Assembly: GCF_963853765.1 (NCBI RefSeq)
Contig: NC_088859.1
Coordinates: forward strand, 8,804,001 to 8,868,000
DNA length: 64,000 nt
Direction: 5' to 3'
Source of the DNA: Magallana gigas
Lineage: Eukaryota
Shown here: positions 11,101 through 23,197 of the stretch, in pieces
Layout: every line of letters starts with the position of its first letter
Position numbering within the stretch: the stretch's first letter is position 1
The notes under the pieces: model-generated
Databases searched by the model: none
Seen by the model: only the letters and a program-made list of their open reading frames with translations
Told to the model about the DNA's origin: nothing
Position numbers and translations under genes: made by a program

Positions 11101-14100
11101 GTAAGATATTGTAGGGAAAAAAAAAAACGCAGCAGGTTGTTATAAGCTTGTCATTTTCAGTAAAGTTCCTAAATTTATTTTTCCATTTTTGTATCTATCA
11201 GAACCTACATGAACATTGTATTATTGGTCAAGATTGATGTGTCTAATTTTTAGGCAAGTTCAATTTGTTCATGGTAATTTTGTGAATGCATGTACATTTT
11301 TGTATTTTGTTTATGGATTGTTGTTCATTGTTCAGTGGTACTGGAACAATAGAAATGTGTGCCCATTATATTTTATTAACCTTTAAGCACTACGAGCTGA
11401 GCCTCAAAATCCTCAAAACCTTGACTTATTCTGGAGCAGAAGTCATTTATATGAAGAGTTAGGGGAGAAGAAAAAGGCCCTAGAAGGCTATAAGTCCATG
11501 CTGAGGATAACTCCATCTCAAGATGGCGAGCGATACATGGAGATTGCTAGAACAATCACCAAGGTAACCAACAGCCAATAAGGAGCTCTGATTGGTTAAC
11601 GTTGTAATTTTATGTGTCAACTTTCAAAATAAGAAATACCGGTAAATAATAATCGACTTTTATTTATGATGACGAATCACTTACATTAATTAAATGTTGG
11701 CTTTGCAGCATAAAAATGTATTTACATACATGTATTAACGGTAATGTGTATATCTTGCTGAGTATGGTTGATTTATGCTATGATTTTACTTTTCTATGTT
11801 TTATCTCACAAAAACATTGAAGAAATGAGGCTTTGATATGATGAATATTCACATACATATGTCTAGTGTTGGTTTTGCAGCATTACTATGAAGAAGATGA
11901 TAAAGTGTCTGCCATGGAAACCATGAGAAATGCATTTGAGGCAAATTCTGAAAATGTGACAGCTGAAGGTTTAAATTTATAATTGAATGTTTGTTAATTG
12001 ATCAAAGTACAGTACAAAACAGGTTTTGTTAAAAAAATCCATGCAATCTTTAATATAAAAGCTAGAAAACATGACAAGTTATTGGTATTTTTTTGATTGT
12101 TATTTTAAGCAAATTGATGTATGCTAGAGATTTATGTGTAATGCATTCACTGAATGTGTTTACTATAGTTTCAATAACATAATATATTTTTTTTCAGATG
12201 TGAATTTATTCATGGAACTGTTAATGACTCAAAGACAGTTTCTGCAAGCCATTGAGGTAAATTGAATTGAAATTAGCATGAAGTATAATGAATACAATGT
12301 GCACACATTAAAATGAAAAAAATAATTTCTTAAAGTTTAAAAATAATTTTTATATGAAACTATGATTGAAGTTACAGTAATTGATGTTATGTTTGAAATT
12401 CACACATGGTTAATATGTATATAGTATTTCCATCCTCTACATTGTCTTGCATTATGTGGTATATAGTACATGTATTGCAATGCCTGCATTTCTAATTAAT
12501 GTACATATAACACATATATTTTGTTTTTTTAACCTCTCTTCAGGTGCTGGTGAATCACTGTGGGGTTGTATTTCAATTAAATGTCAACAGAGAATGGAGC
12601 AAAGCTGTACCCATAGGCATCTCCCTCATAGAAAATGGTGCCGTCAAAATCAGCTCGTAAGAAACATACCTGTATATAAATCATTAAGTTAGACATTTTG
12701 AATATCAGAAGTTAGTATCGTAGATACCTTAACTGTAGAACACAAGCCTCAGTGACCATAGACTAATGGTCAGTATCATATAGTTGCCTATTTTATCCCA
12801 ATTTGACACTTAATGTTTTGTGCTCTCAAGATGATACATGTACAAGGACATTTATTTGTACATTACGTGTCGGTACATGTTAATATGTGTTTTCCTGTGT
12901 GGAGCTTTGTAAATACAATTGTTTTATAGTGTTGCCATACCAGAAATCCTTCCCATTGACTTGAGGGTGAAACTTGGAATATGCCTGATACAGAACAAAC
13001 TCTTTACTATTGCACAGGTAACAGAAAACAAGCAGGCTTCAAGTTAAATACAGATATCAATTAATAATTAAACTTGTATTGCTCACTTCTCTATAACCGT
13101 AGAAATGCATGCCAGTTAAATTTTCTGTTGTAGGTTGTCATAAATCAACTGTTTCAAGAGAGTGTGGAAGATGTTGGTGATTTATATTTGGATGTAGCGG
13201 AGGCATACATGGACCAGAGATGTTTTGTTGACGCAAAGCCAATCCTGAAGAAACTTGTCAACTCAGAGAATTACAACTTGGTATTTCTGACAGTCTTATT
13301 GAAAAATATATGTCAATTGCATAAATAAATCTGTTGCAAAGGTTACAGTTTCATTCATAAACACAGCAACAGTAGAAATACATTTATGTAAGGCCCCATA
13401 AAGCAAAGTTTCAAACCTTGTTATATTTAGATCAGTATAAAAAAAGAATGACATATCAAGGGATTTAAGATATTAAGATAAAAAAACATTTTGAAGAGAT
13501 TATTAATGAACTCCATTATATTCATGTTATTCGAGATATTGTGTGTTTGTGTTATCAAACATGAACTGTATGTCATTTGAAATTTACATGTACTGGTACA
13601 TGTCTTAGTAATGGCAGTAATTTTTCAGGCTGCTGTGTGGCTGAGGCTTGCGGAGTGTCTGAACTCCCTGGGGGAGGTGGAGAGAGCAGTGGATGCCTAC
13701 AGCAGGGTAGTGGAGATGGCCCCCTCTCACATCGAGGCCAGGATGTCCCTGTCCACCCTGCAGTCACAGCTGGGGAAACACGAGGAGGCATTGAAAGCAC
13801 TCAGCAGGGGTAAATAAAGCTGGGGGGAGGCATTCAGCAGGGGTAAATAAAGCTGGGGGTGGGAAGGGGGGCCTTCTTATAGCAAGGGAAAACCAAAAGG
13901 AAGAAGGGGTGGACAGTCAGCTGTCTAAATAGCTTTTGGCATGGGTAAAACTAAAGGGAGTAAGGGCGGTTGGGGGGGGGGGGGAGGGCAAACTCAGCTA
14001 TTCTCAAAGCACTCAGCTTAGGTTATGCTACAGGGGTTGGGGATGGGATGGGGGCTGACTCAGTCATGTAACACTTAATGTGATGAAGCTTTTGTTGTGT

Positions 14101-16470
14101 CTGACCACTCTGACATCTGTTTCTGAAATAAAGCGATAAAAAAACATGCAATTTTCTGTTTTACTGTTGATTTTGGCATTTGTTTTTGGTTTTAGTAATA
14201 TATTAGATATTTGAGGGCACCTTTCTGATAATTGATAAAACTGCCAATGCACCTCATTGTAATTTTTTGTCTTTTATATCTTTACAGATGAGTCTGATGG
14301 TTTACTCACAAAAGAGGTATATATTACGTACATTAAGAATAAACTGAAGTCCAAAACTAACAAATCTAAATGCATCCTTCCAAAAACTTGACATTTTTTC
14401 TTTAGGAGAAAACTTTGCTGCTCCAGAGATGTATGCTGTTTTATGCCCATGGTCGATTGGACGAGTTTTACCACGAATGTAAAGCCTTGTTGTTCAACAT
14501 GTTCAAGGATCTAAATGACCCAGACTTCATCAAGGGTGCGTACAACTGGAATGAATAGTCACTTTGATGATTGAACAATATTTTGATTTGATCTGAAAAG
14601 TGCACCTTTATATGCTATAATATACAAGCATATTCCAAATTATATGAAGAATGTTAGTTTTCATTTACATGTACATTTCTTGACTTAAATGCACTGATAA
14701 GAAATAATTCACTCTTTTGCAATTTACAGTAGTAGTTTCATGCAATAAAATAATGAATTTTTACTATTGAAAATAACACAAGAATTTTGACTTTCACAAA
14801 CATTAAACACAGCATTAACTATATGATGTATATTCATAGTTCGTTACCAATTGAAATACATGCATATGTATTGTTTTCTATGAATTTCAGCTGTATATTG
14901 CTGTAGATCTAATAAAACTAGGAGAGAAATGCTGCAGGACCATTTTAAACCTGGCTATAAAGGTATGATTAGAACTCAATTGAGGAATATCAATAGAGTT
15001 GTATTAGGACTAAAGATAATATTGAATGCACTAGAACATTGCTGTTTTACTGAATATCTTCATAGAAATAGAATTTTTTAAGTTTTTTTTTTTCTTTTAG
15101 TTGGAGATTCATCAAAGTCTGACATTCCAGTTGATGACTTATGGGATTTGTTTGTTAAGGTAAAACAGTGCATATTTTTTTTGCAAAATTGGGAAGCTTT
15201 GGTTTCAATATGTCATAATACAATGTAATAGATGTATCTCTTTACATGGTCAATAATTTACGAAATTTTATGCCCTATTTAGTATTCACCGTGGTAAAAA
15301 AAAAACTTTTTTAAGTACCGGTATTCATTGTTCAAAAGCGATGTTTCAAATTTTTGGAAATAATTTGAAACATAAACATTGGGAAATATAAAAGACTTTT
15401 GCATTTTATTATTGTTAAGGTTCAGTACTAGTTATCAGTACTGTGAATGATTTGTATAAAATGTGTCAGCATAAAAACAATTTCTGTACATTTATAGCTG
15501 TGTGAATTGTTGTTAAACAACAAGAAATATGACGATTTACTAGAAGTGACGGCCCTTAGTATGTCCTGTCCCTACTTCATGCTAGAGCCAAGGAAAGTCA
15601 AGGTAAATAAAATTGAAAAAATTACAGAAGATGTCATATCATTGAAATTAAACAATATTTTTTATGAATTATTGAATTGTTATATGTTATATTTCTGTAC
15701 AAATGACATATGAGAAAGTACAGGTCTTGGACTTAGCTTTATGAAAATATTATGTGTTTTTTAAAGTCTTTATCTAAAAACTTTTGTCTTCAACATTTTA
15801 TACTGTTGACTTTTAAGCAAGCTGAGTTTATGTGTCTGCTGGCCTGTATTCGATCAAAGAATGAACACTTTGCCTTCAGTCATATCAGAGAAATCTGTAT
15901 CAAGGTATGCTTAGAAAATATACAACACTTTACAGCATATCACAGTTATTAAGTCGGCCCAAATTGTGTTGTGTCTCATTTATTTTTTATTTCAAAATTT
16001 ACAGGAAGGGCACAAAAACCAAGCATGGAATTTACTGAACCAAGTATTATTGATTTCCACTGAAAACAGACATAGCAGATTTTGTCTTCGCTATCTACTA
16101 ACTGTGAGTGTTAGCTGTGTTATCTGTTTAATCTGATGCCTGTAATCTGTCACAGCACAGAGAGAAATGTGGGTTTTTTTACCCCTTAGATGTTGAATTT
16201 TCAGTTTCAAATTAAAAACTAAAATGTCAACATTTTTATATACTAATAGTTATATTCATTGTGGTGTATGTTGTTGAATCAACAATTATTGCTCAAATGT
16301 AAATTAAAATGCAATTATAATATTTATTTCATTTTCTGGTTCATTTTCAGAATCCTGATCATGCTCCTGTAGAGTTACTTAATGGGCATAATGCAACCAT
16401 ATCCGGAACCTACAAGTATGCACTAGGTAAGAGAGAAAGTGATATCTGGAATCTAATCGTCAATATGCTT

Positions 16471-16520
<50 letters not shown>

Positions 16521-18022
16521 TATGCACTTGGTAAGAAAGAGTGATATCTGGAACCTACAAGTATGATCTATGTTAGAGGGAAAGTGATATCTGGAACCTA
16601 CAAGTACACACTAGGCATGGGAAAAAGTGATGTCAAAAGCCTTTAAGTACATTCTAAATAAGGAAGAAAGTGTTATCTAGATTTCACAAATATGTTCATT
16701 TTAAAAGAGAAAAAAATGTTTAACCATATTTGATAGTATTTCCATTACTCATTATAAAAGCAGCATTTTGATTGCCTTGACGTAGACATTTTGTGACTGT
16801 AGGAGAGTATGTGGCAGTTCTCCGGACGTGTCCTGAGGACCCATTGGTCAATCTCTGTATAGGACTCACATTAATCCACCTGGCTGGCCAGAAGTATTCC
16901 TCTAAAAAGCATTCCCTCTTTGCTCAGGTGAGGTGCAGGTTTGATCTATATTTAAGTCTATTGATTTCATGTAGAAAATGGATGTTCGAAACAAAAAGAT
17001 CATGTTTTAAGTCTTGTGATTTTGATTTACATGTTTTACATGCTTTGCAGGGACTAACCTTTATATACTGATTTCATGTAGAAAATGGATGTTTGAAACA
17101 AATTGATCATGTTTTAAGTCTTGTGATTTGTATTTACATGTATTACATGTTTTTCAGGGACTAACCTTTATAAACAACTACATGGAACTTCGAGGGGAGT
17201 GTCAAGAGATATACTACAACTTGGGTCGAGCACTGCATCAGCTGGGTATGAATTTTGAGCCATCTTTTAAAAAAACTGTTTGTTTGCCCTCTGCTGACTC
17301 AATGTTTAAACTTTAGATTGGTAGGAAGTTAATTTTTGTTTTTTATGCAATAAAAAGATCTGCAAACAAGCAAAAACTTTGGTCAGATTGTTATTGATAA
17401 ATCTTGAGTCAGAGTTTTCTCAACAAATTGTCAGTTGGTACTTTTTGTAAGTCTGTCAAGATACTGCAAACTATCTATTTTCAAAAGGTGGCCTTTGATT
17501 TAATTAATTCTCACAGTTTAATTAGTTTAATTTATGTCTTTCTTTTATATAACAATAGTGCAGTTTTTGATGATCATTGATGGTGTTGTAATTGTCTGTA
17601 GGGCTGACCTATGCTGCCATCCATTACTACAAAAAAGGCCTGACATTTCCTCCAATCATCGAGGATGGAGAGGTCAGTATCTGCTATTGCTTTGTATATC
17701 AAATTAACACAGTGCAACTTGATTAAAATATTTCGTTTGCAGGAAAGAGGAATAGATTTTTGGGGCATGGTAAACTGCTTTATTGGTGAAAAAACACTTG
17801 CCAGTAATAACATTTTACAAATTGACATATCCTTTAGACCTCACACGATTAAGATTCCTTTGAGATAATTAAAGTACATGTAAACTTACTAGTAAATCAT
17901 TTTCCCATTAGAATCGGTTTGACCTGACGCACCAGTTGGCTTACAATCTGATGATTATCTACAAGTCCAGCGGCTCCGATGCCCTAGCCAGACATATCAT
18001 GAATCGATACTTGGTCATCTGA
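8175..18022 (+). CDS. GTF3C3: General transcription factor IIIC subunit 3 (TFIIIC102, TPR protein), ~957 aa
   Basis: 26 in-frame GT-AG exons: 8175-8315, 8939-9224, 9603-9824, 10002-10015, 10375-10489, 10713-10789, 10986-11100, 11388-11563, 11881-11968, 12198-12256, 12544-12656, 12930-13017, 13134-13280, 13629-13809, 14288-14316, 14406-14535, 14891-14962, 15101-15159, 15498-15602, 15818-15904, 16005-16103, 16351-16426, 16803-16927, 17158-17245, 17602-17672, 17912-18022. Family motifs YLTGKISFTEF, GLMGEANIKFAQG, PFQTLGLIYEDQGD, YYNLGRALHQLGL, LAYNLMIIYKSSG. Confidence 0.95.
8368..8545. repeat. Long imperfect palindrome (hairpin/MITE) in GTF3C3 intron 1
   Basis: Arms of about 70-85 nt (…TTTGAATTTCTATCAATAAGCCGCTAAATGTAGGAGAAGAGAAAGATATATATCCTATCTATATAAA and its near reverse complement) around a short loop. 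Confidence 0.9.
9041..9180 (+). repeat. Coding 45-bp tandem repeat (3 copies of QGPSGFQLVQAEEGG)
   Basis: Units start at 9041, 9086 and 9131, with a partial unit at 9176, all inside GTF3C3 exon 2. Confidence 0.95.
16406..16678 (+). repeat. Degenerate 43-bp tandem repeat derived from an exon/intron junction, interrupted by (AG)n at 16474-16514
   Basis: Unit GGAACCTACAAGTATGCACTAG|GTAAGAGAGAAAGTGATATCT recurs about 5 times; the first copy contains the true donor of GTF3C3 exon 22. Confidence 0.85.
16962..17172 (+). repeat. 107-bp tandem duplication including a 3' splice site
   Basis: Two near-identical copies ending CAG|GGACTAACCTTTATA, with acceptors at 17051 and 17158. Confidence 0.92.
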
Positions 18023-18501
18023 GGTAAAATGGACTCTTTTGCTAATGCCAATTTCTTTCTTTTTTTGGTATTTTTTAAAGATATAATATTTACATTCAGT
18101 GTATATTTCCCCTTATATTTAGTGTGGAAATCTGAGATGTTCAATTTCCCTTGAATCCACTTAGCCAATACATGTGCAATGAGCACAAATATAAACGTCA
18201 TCACACGTTTTGAATTATTGTAAGATTAAATGAAACGTTCAAACTTTCATAACTAACTTGATATGTACCAAGGGAAAATAATCGTTAAATCAAATCTATT
18301 CATCAGTAGAAAAAATTTTCGACAAAGTTTCAGACGCTATATTTATAGTTGGGGAAGCGAACTAAATAACATGTTAATATGGCTGTTCCATGTATGTTTC
18401 ATATCCCTGATTAAGAGCTTATATAATGGCTTTAAAGCAATGTCACACAAATATTTTATACAAATAGACATCAGTATGATTATAAATATAAGCATTGAAT
18501 G

Positions 18502-18590
18502 CCTATAACACACCAAGCGGTGCAGACAAATTGAATACTGCACATTAGCGTGGTATGATAATTTGTCTGCACCGCTTGTTGTGATATAGG
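18502..18590. repeat. Palindrome with ~30-bp arms in the GTF3C3 3'UTR intron
   Basis: TATAACACACCAAGCGGTGCAGACAAATT ... AATTTGTCTGCACCGCTTGTTGTGATATA. Confidence 0.85.
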
Positions 18591-20229
18591 GCCAACAACA
18601 TACATAGATAAGCATTCAATGCATAAATGAAGAATTTCCTGTAGCGGTAATCAAAATTTATTTATATTTCTGCTTGGTCTTTTGAGAATATAGTATCGCT
18701 GGAAGATTTTCTGAGGTCTAATAGTCTACATGTATATCATGAAGCTCTTTGAAATAATAATTTCAACCAATATCATGATTAAATTCAAGCAAACACACTT
18801 GTTAAGTTTTAATTATTTTCCAAGAAAATGAAGTACATGTACTAAAATATTCCTGTATAACTAGTGTATACATGAAAAAAAATAAATAGATTTAATATTT
18901 AGTCCACTATTATTGAATTGTAGTATTTTTTTGTAAATACACAGTGTAGTACATCTTATAACTTGTTTTGTTTCTTCTTAGGAAACCAACGACTGTTTTG
19001 AAAGAGAAGTTACCCACTGTAGTCAGTCTGTTTTGACTTGACTTAAAAAACTTACAGCATAGATGTACTTACCTTAAAATTATCAGTACACTTCACATGT
19101 GGCAGGGGAAAGATATTCTATGTGAAATTGGAGTGATGGAGCAAGTTTGGTAGACATAAATTACAGGTGTCTGACAAACACACATTGGTCTAGTCAGAGA
19201 CACTTAAGGATGTGCACTCACACTCTGCCAATAAGTCTGCAGGTGCTCTTATAGAGACCCCAGTGTCTATTTTACAGATTGCAGCCATAGAGTCTTGTGT
19301 CAGGGATTTAGTACCTCTGCCATACTTGGGGAATCAATACACTGCAGAATGTATGGGAAGAACAGTACACCCTGACTGAAAGAACATCTACAATGTGTGT
19401 GAAGACTTTGAAAACCTTCAGGCCATTTTTTGTTGATATTTTTTTTAATTGTATGTTTATGCCTAGAAAAGATGTTGGATCTAAAATTCTCTCATTTGTG
19501 ATGATTGATTATTTAGAAATGCAGTCTTTAGACAACTAGATGGAAGTCATTAAGATGATATTACATGTATTTACTATAAGAGAGATCAACTGAAAAAAGA
19601 AAATGATCATAAATATACATTGATTTATATTCACTGATAACAACAAACGTTGACCAAAACAGATCAGATAAAAATGGTCATTACACTAAGAGCAAAAAAA
19701 TAACCTGTGTACAATGTATTTGAATGCAATTTTTTGCCAAATAATCAATGGTTTTAAATATAAATACATTGACAATTATTAAACAGAAACTGTCTATATG
19801 CCTGCAAATTACAGCCTACATGTTTTCCCCTCTCCTGCCTGTAAGAAAGAGTGCGTGGTAGTGATTTTTTTGCCTAAATATTATTTTTCACAGAACCTTT
19901 GTTTATTCATCGCTGTTCCCTTGCCTTTTTCTTCTGATACCACATTAGGTCTGGGCACAATCTTGTGACTGTTATATTTGAAAGATTATTCACAAGTGGT
20001 AGCTCAGTAGCCTTATTGGTCGGTTTCGGCTGTAGAACTGTCATTTTACTTGCCATTGTCCGTCAACCTTCTTTAATGTCAATGTCGGTCGGGGGTCAGG
20101 GGGGCATGTCCTTTGAGTGAGTTGGTGGTTAATGCTCTTACTCTCAGAAACCCCCAAAATGCTTAGCAAAATGCAGCTTTAAAGAGGTGTACTTCATAAA
20201 TTTTGTCGTACCTGGAGTAACACTACTAG

Positions 20230-20537
20230 TATGGCACGCCAAATCCACAAAAATGAGATAAACATATTTCACATTTGATAAATGAAATTAAATTTATCGA
20301 TTTATCGATAAACCATGTTTTGCAATTGCAAATGGTTGTTTTTCAGTATTAATTATAGTTTAACACCTCTGAAACAACAATGGTCGCTTTAACTGTGGTT
20401 TACAGATGTGAAATATAGAATTTATAGATTATCATATTTAATTATATAATTTTATGTTCGTAAACTATAGTTTATCAACGTTAAATCTAGTTTATCGATC
20501 TTGAAACTATGATTAGCTCATTTTTGAGTGCCACATA
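20230..20537. mobile_element. Short copy of the TATGG-terminated, 6-bp-TSD element family (IS3EU-like MITE)
   Basis: Left end TATGGCACGCCAAATCCACAAAAATGAG; degenerate right end CTCATTTTTGAGTGCCACATA; flanks TACTAG / CACTAG; internal AACTATAGTT-type modules as in the 25707-27710 copy. Confidence 0.8.
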
Positions 20538-20619
20538 CACTAGCATTTACAAAGTAATAGGGGCTCGTCTCGGAGTCCGTGGAGTCAGAGACATAAAGTT
20601 ATTTAGTCTCTGGTAGGGT

Positions 20620-20820
20620 TTATGTGCGGATCTAAAGTGGGTTCCAGCGGGTTTGTAGCCCCCCTCCCCCCCCCCCCCCCCGAAAATTAAACTTCTTAAT
20701 TTTGCATAGTAAAATTACCGAAATATAATTACCGAAAATATGTCTATGACCCCCTCCCCCATTTAAGGAAAATTAAAGATCTTTCGCCCCCCCTTTCCGG
20801 AATTTTTTTTGGCGCATGGT
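20620..20820. repeat. Dispersed repeat fragment with poly-C tract (ATGTGCGGATCT...GGCGCATG type)
   Basis: Weak inverted ends and C-runs typical of a short interspersed element; family not assigned. Confidence 0.4.
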
Positions 20821-21246
20821 GTTATAAATGTGACGATAAAGAATTTCAACTTGATTTTAAATTAGACATTATTTGTGTTTATTTAAAATCTTTACTTCAG
20901 GCCAATATATATCGATTTGAGTTCATCACGGTACCATGTCGAGCGTATTTTGTATTTGTTTGTCACATTCTCAGCTAGTGTCGAAACACGCGCCAAGTCT
21001 AAAAGTCTCCGTATCTATCAGCATGCATGCAATGTAAAAAAGTTTTCTTGTGAACATCATAACCAACTTGGAAGAGAACATGATGGAAAGCGAATATTTT
21101 CCTCACTATGACTGGTATGTGTGATGCGCTATTTTCGTCGAGACATTTTATCGAAAAATTCGGCTGACCCCAGTATATGCCGTTGTTTAAATGGCTTTTT
21201 AAGTGGTCTGTTTATTAATATGCATAAAATGTTTTACGAGATAGAT

Positions 21247-21819
21247 CTAATAGCCCTTCATGATTCCATCCCGGGCAACATTTTTTTGTACGTATTCCTC
21301 TTTGTGACAATCCATAAATAATCCTCGACGAAATGGTGTATTTTCGAAAGTAATTGCACATAAAATATCCCACTCTTCCGATGCGGATTTCATAGAAACT
21401 AATCTACAGCCGAATAAATCCTTGTCGTTCCATAAAGAACTGGAATTGTGGCAAGATGAGCCTTTCTGGTATTGCTGTATTACTGGTCCTCCGATAAACT
21501 CTGTAGAAGAGATCGAGAGCATCACAGCAGCTAGATGGTTTTCTTTGTGGATGACTCCTTTGATGCAGCATTAATAAGAATTCATTTTTTTCAAATGTTC
21601 ACGTAATAGATCATATAAAAACTATAGGAACTGATTAAAAAGGGATAAATTTTTGGCGTTATCTCTGAAAGTAAACACCTGGAGACGATTCAACATCTTT
21701 TTTATATCTGTAGCAATGATTCGTCTTGCCGTATGGCGATTCACGCATGTAATTCTGTGAAGTTTATAATCATCTGTCATGTTGTAAATTTTGAATTTTC
21801 CGGGTGGCAGTAAATACAA
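21247..21819 (-). pseudogene. Decayed reading frame, possibly a Tc1/mariner-type transposase remnant
   Basis: ORF-track entries 21622-21819 and 21247-21525 share one frame and are separated by only two stops (~190 codons in total). Loose motif resemblance (RRIIATDIK, YQKGSSCH, FGCRLVS...W), but the spacing is shorter than expected. Confidence 0.3.
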
Positions 21820-23197
21820 AATGACACATCTCGCAAATTTTTAATTCTAACAGTTTACTAAGAAGAATAAATCAAGGTCTGCTACATTATCTAATGCCGA
21901 AATGTAGATTGATTATATACAATAACTAAACGCATAATTAATAAAGATTAGATATGATCGAGTTTTTTTGGACATCGATGTCGGAACTGAGACGCTGATA
22001 TTTTGTTTCTCTTTGAAATGCCTTGCCTCCCTACAGTGAGATGACCGATACAAAATCTTAAACGTGAACTCCAACATACTATCCCATGGCGTGCGTGTAA
22101 AGCTCTTGTAAACCGTACCGTACCATTGGCCCTGTCAAATCGATCATGGAGGAAGGGTGAAATTCACTTACAGTACTCCAAAAGATGGGAATAAAGATTT
22201 CTTTAACGTCGATAATTCCTCAAACAAAGTTGACGATATAAATAGAAAACCGTCTAATTCTGACGATTTTAAGTTTTCAAACATTCCAGCGATCCTGTGT
22301 TTGTGTGTGTTTGGAGCCACATCGCTTGCTGCATGATTGCAAACCTCGGTCTATTAACAAGAGGTCGCCCGATGGATCACTTAATGCTAAAAGGGGGAGT
22401 GCAGAAACTGTTAATGGGCTAGTATTCACAGGGTCTTCAGAGTCACGTTCGATTTGCTGTACTTGTTGGATATTGCTGGTCAGGTGACGTCCAACAAGCG
22501 CTTTGTTCGCCGTTGTGTAACTCGGCAGGGTGAGAACTCAGGCGCTGGTTGGCGTGGTCGGACGATGAATTGGCATCGCAATTAATTAGAGGGAAACGCG
22601 CTGAATCGATTAGAGAGATAATTGCGGATAGACCGTACGCAGATCTTCCCACAGGTTAATAGGAAACGGAAGGCTGCTCTTTTACGTAAGTTGTTATACT
22701 TGGCTATTAATTTTGCAAATGTTTAATTTCTCGAAGACTGCTTTTGGTTTTTTATTATTTAGTTAAAACATTAATAGTAATTTTTTTTATTCCAATATTT
22801 TATCACTGTCTGTCTTTGTCTCTGTTTCTTTCACCCATCTTCACATATTTTTTTCTAAATATAAATTAAATTCTATAAATATATATAAGTTACCAGCGTC
22901 TGGAATCTATGGCATTTAAAGCGCGCCAAAAATTTAGATCACAGCTTATAGATAATGCAGATATTCTTAATCGCCGGGAAAAACTGAATTAGTGAGTACT
23001 TTTTCTCTTAGATCAGGGGTAAGGTTATTGCTCTCGTCAATAAATCGGTCCATGGTTCACTACGAGAGGAATTGTTGATCAATATTGACAAACAAACATT
23101 TTTTTTTACAGGCCAGACCAAATCTCGAACGAATTTCCTTAAGATGAGGAAATCGAATCCATATTTACCATAGAAAAAGCCAACAAGTGGCCACAGC

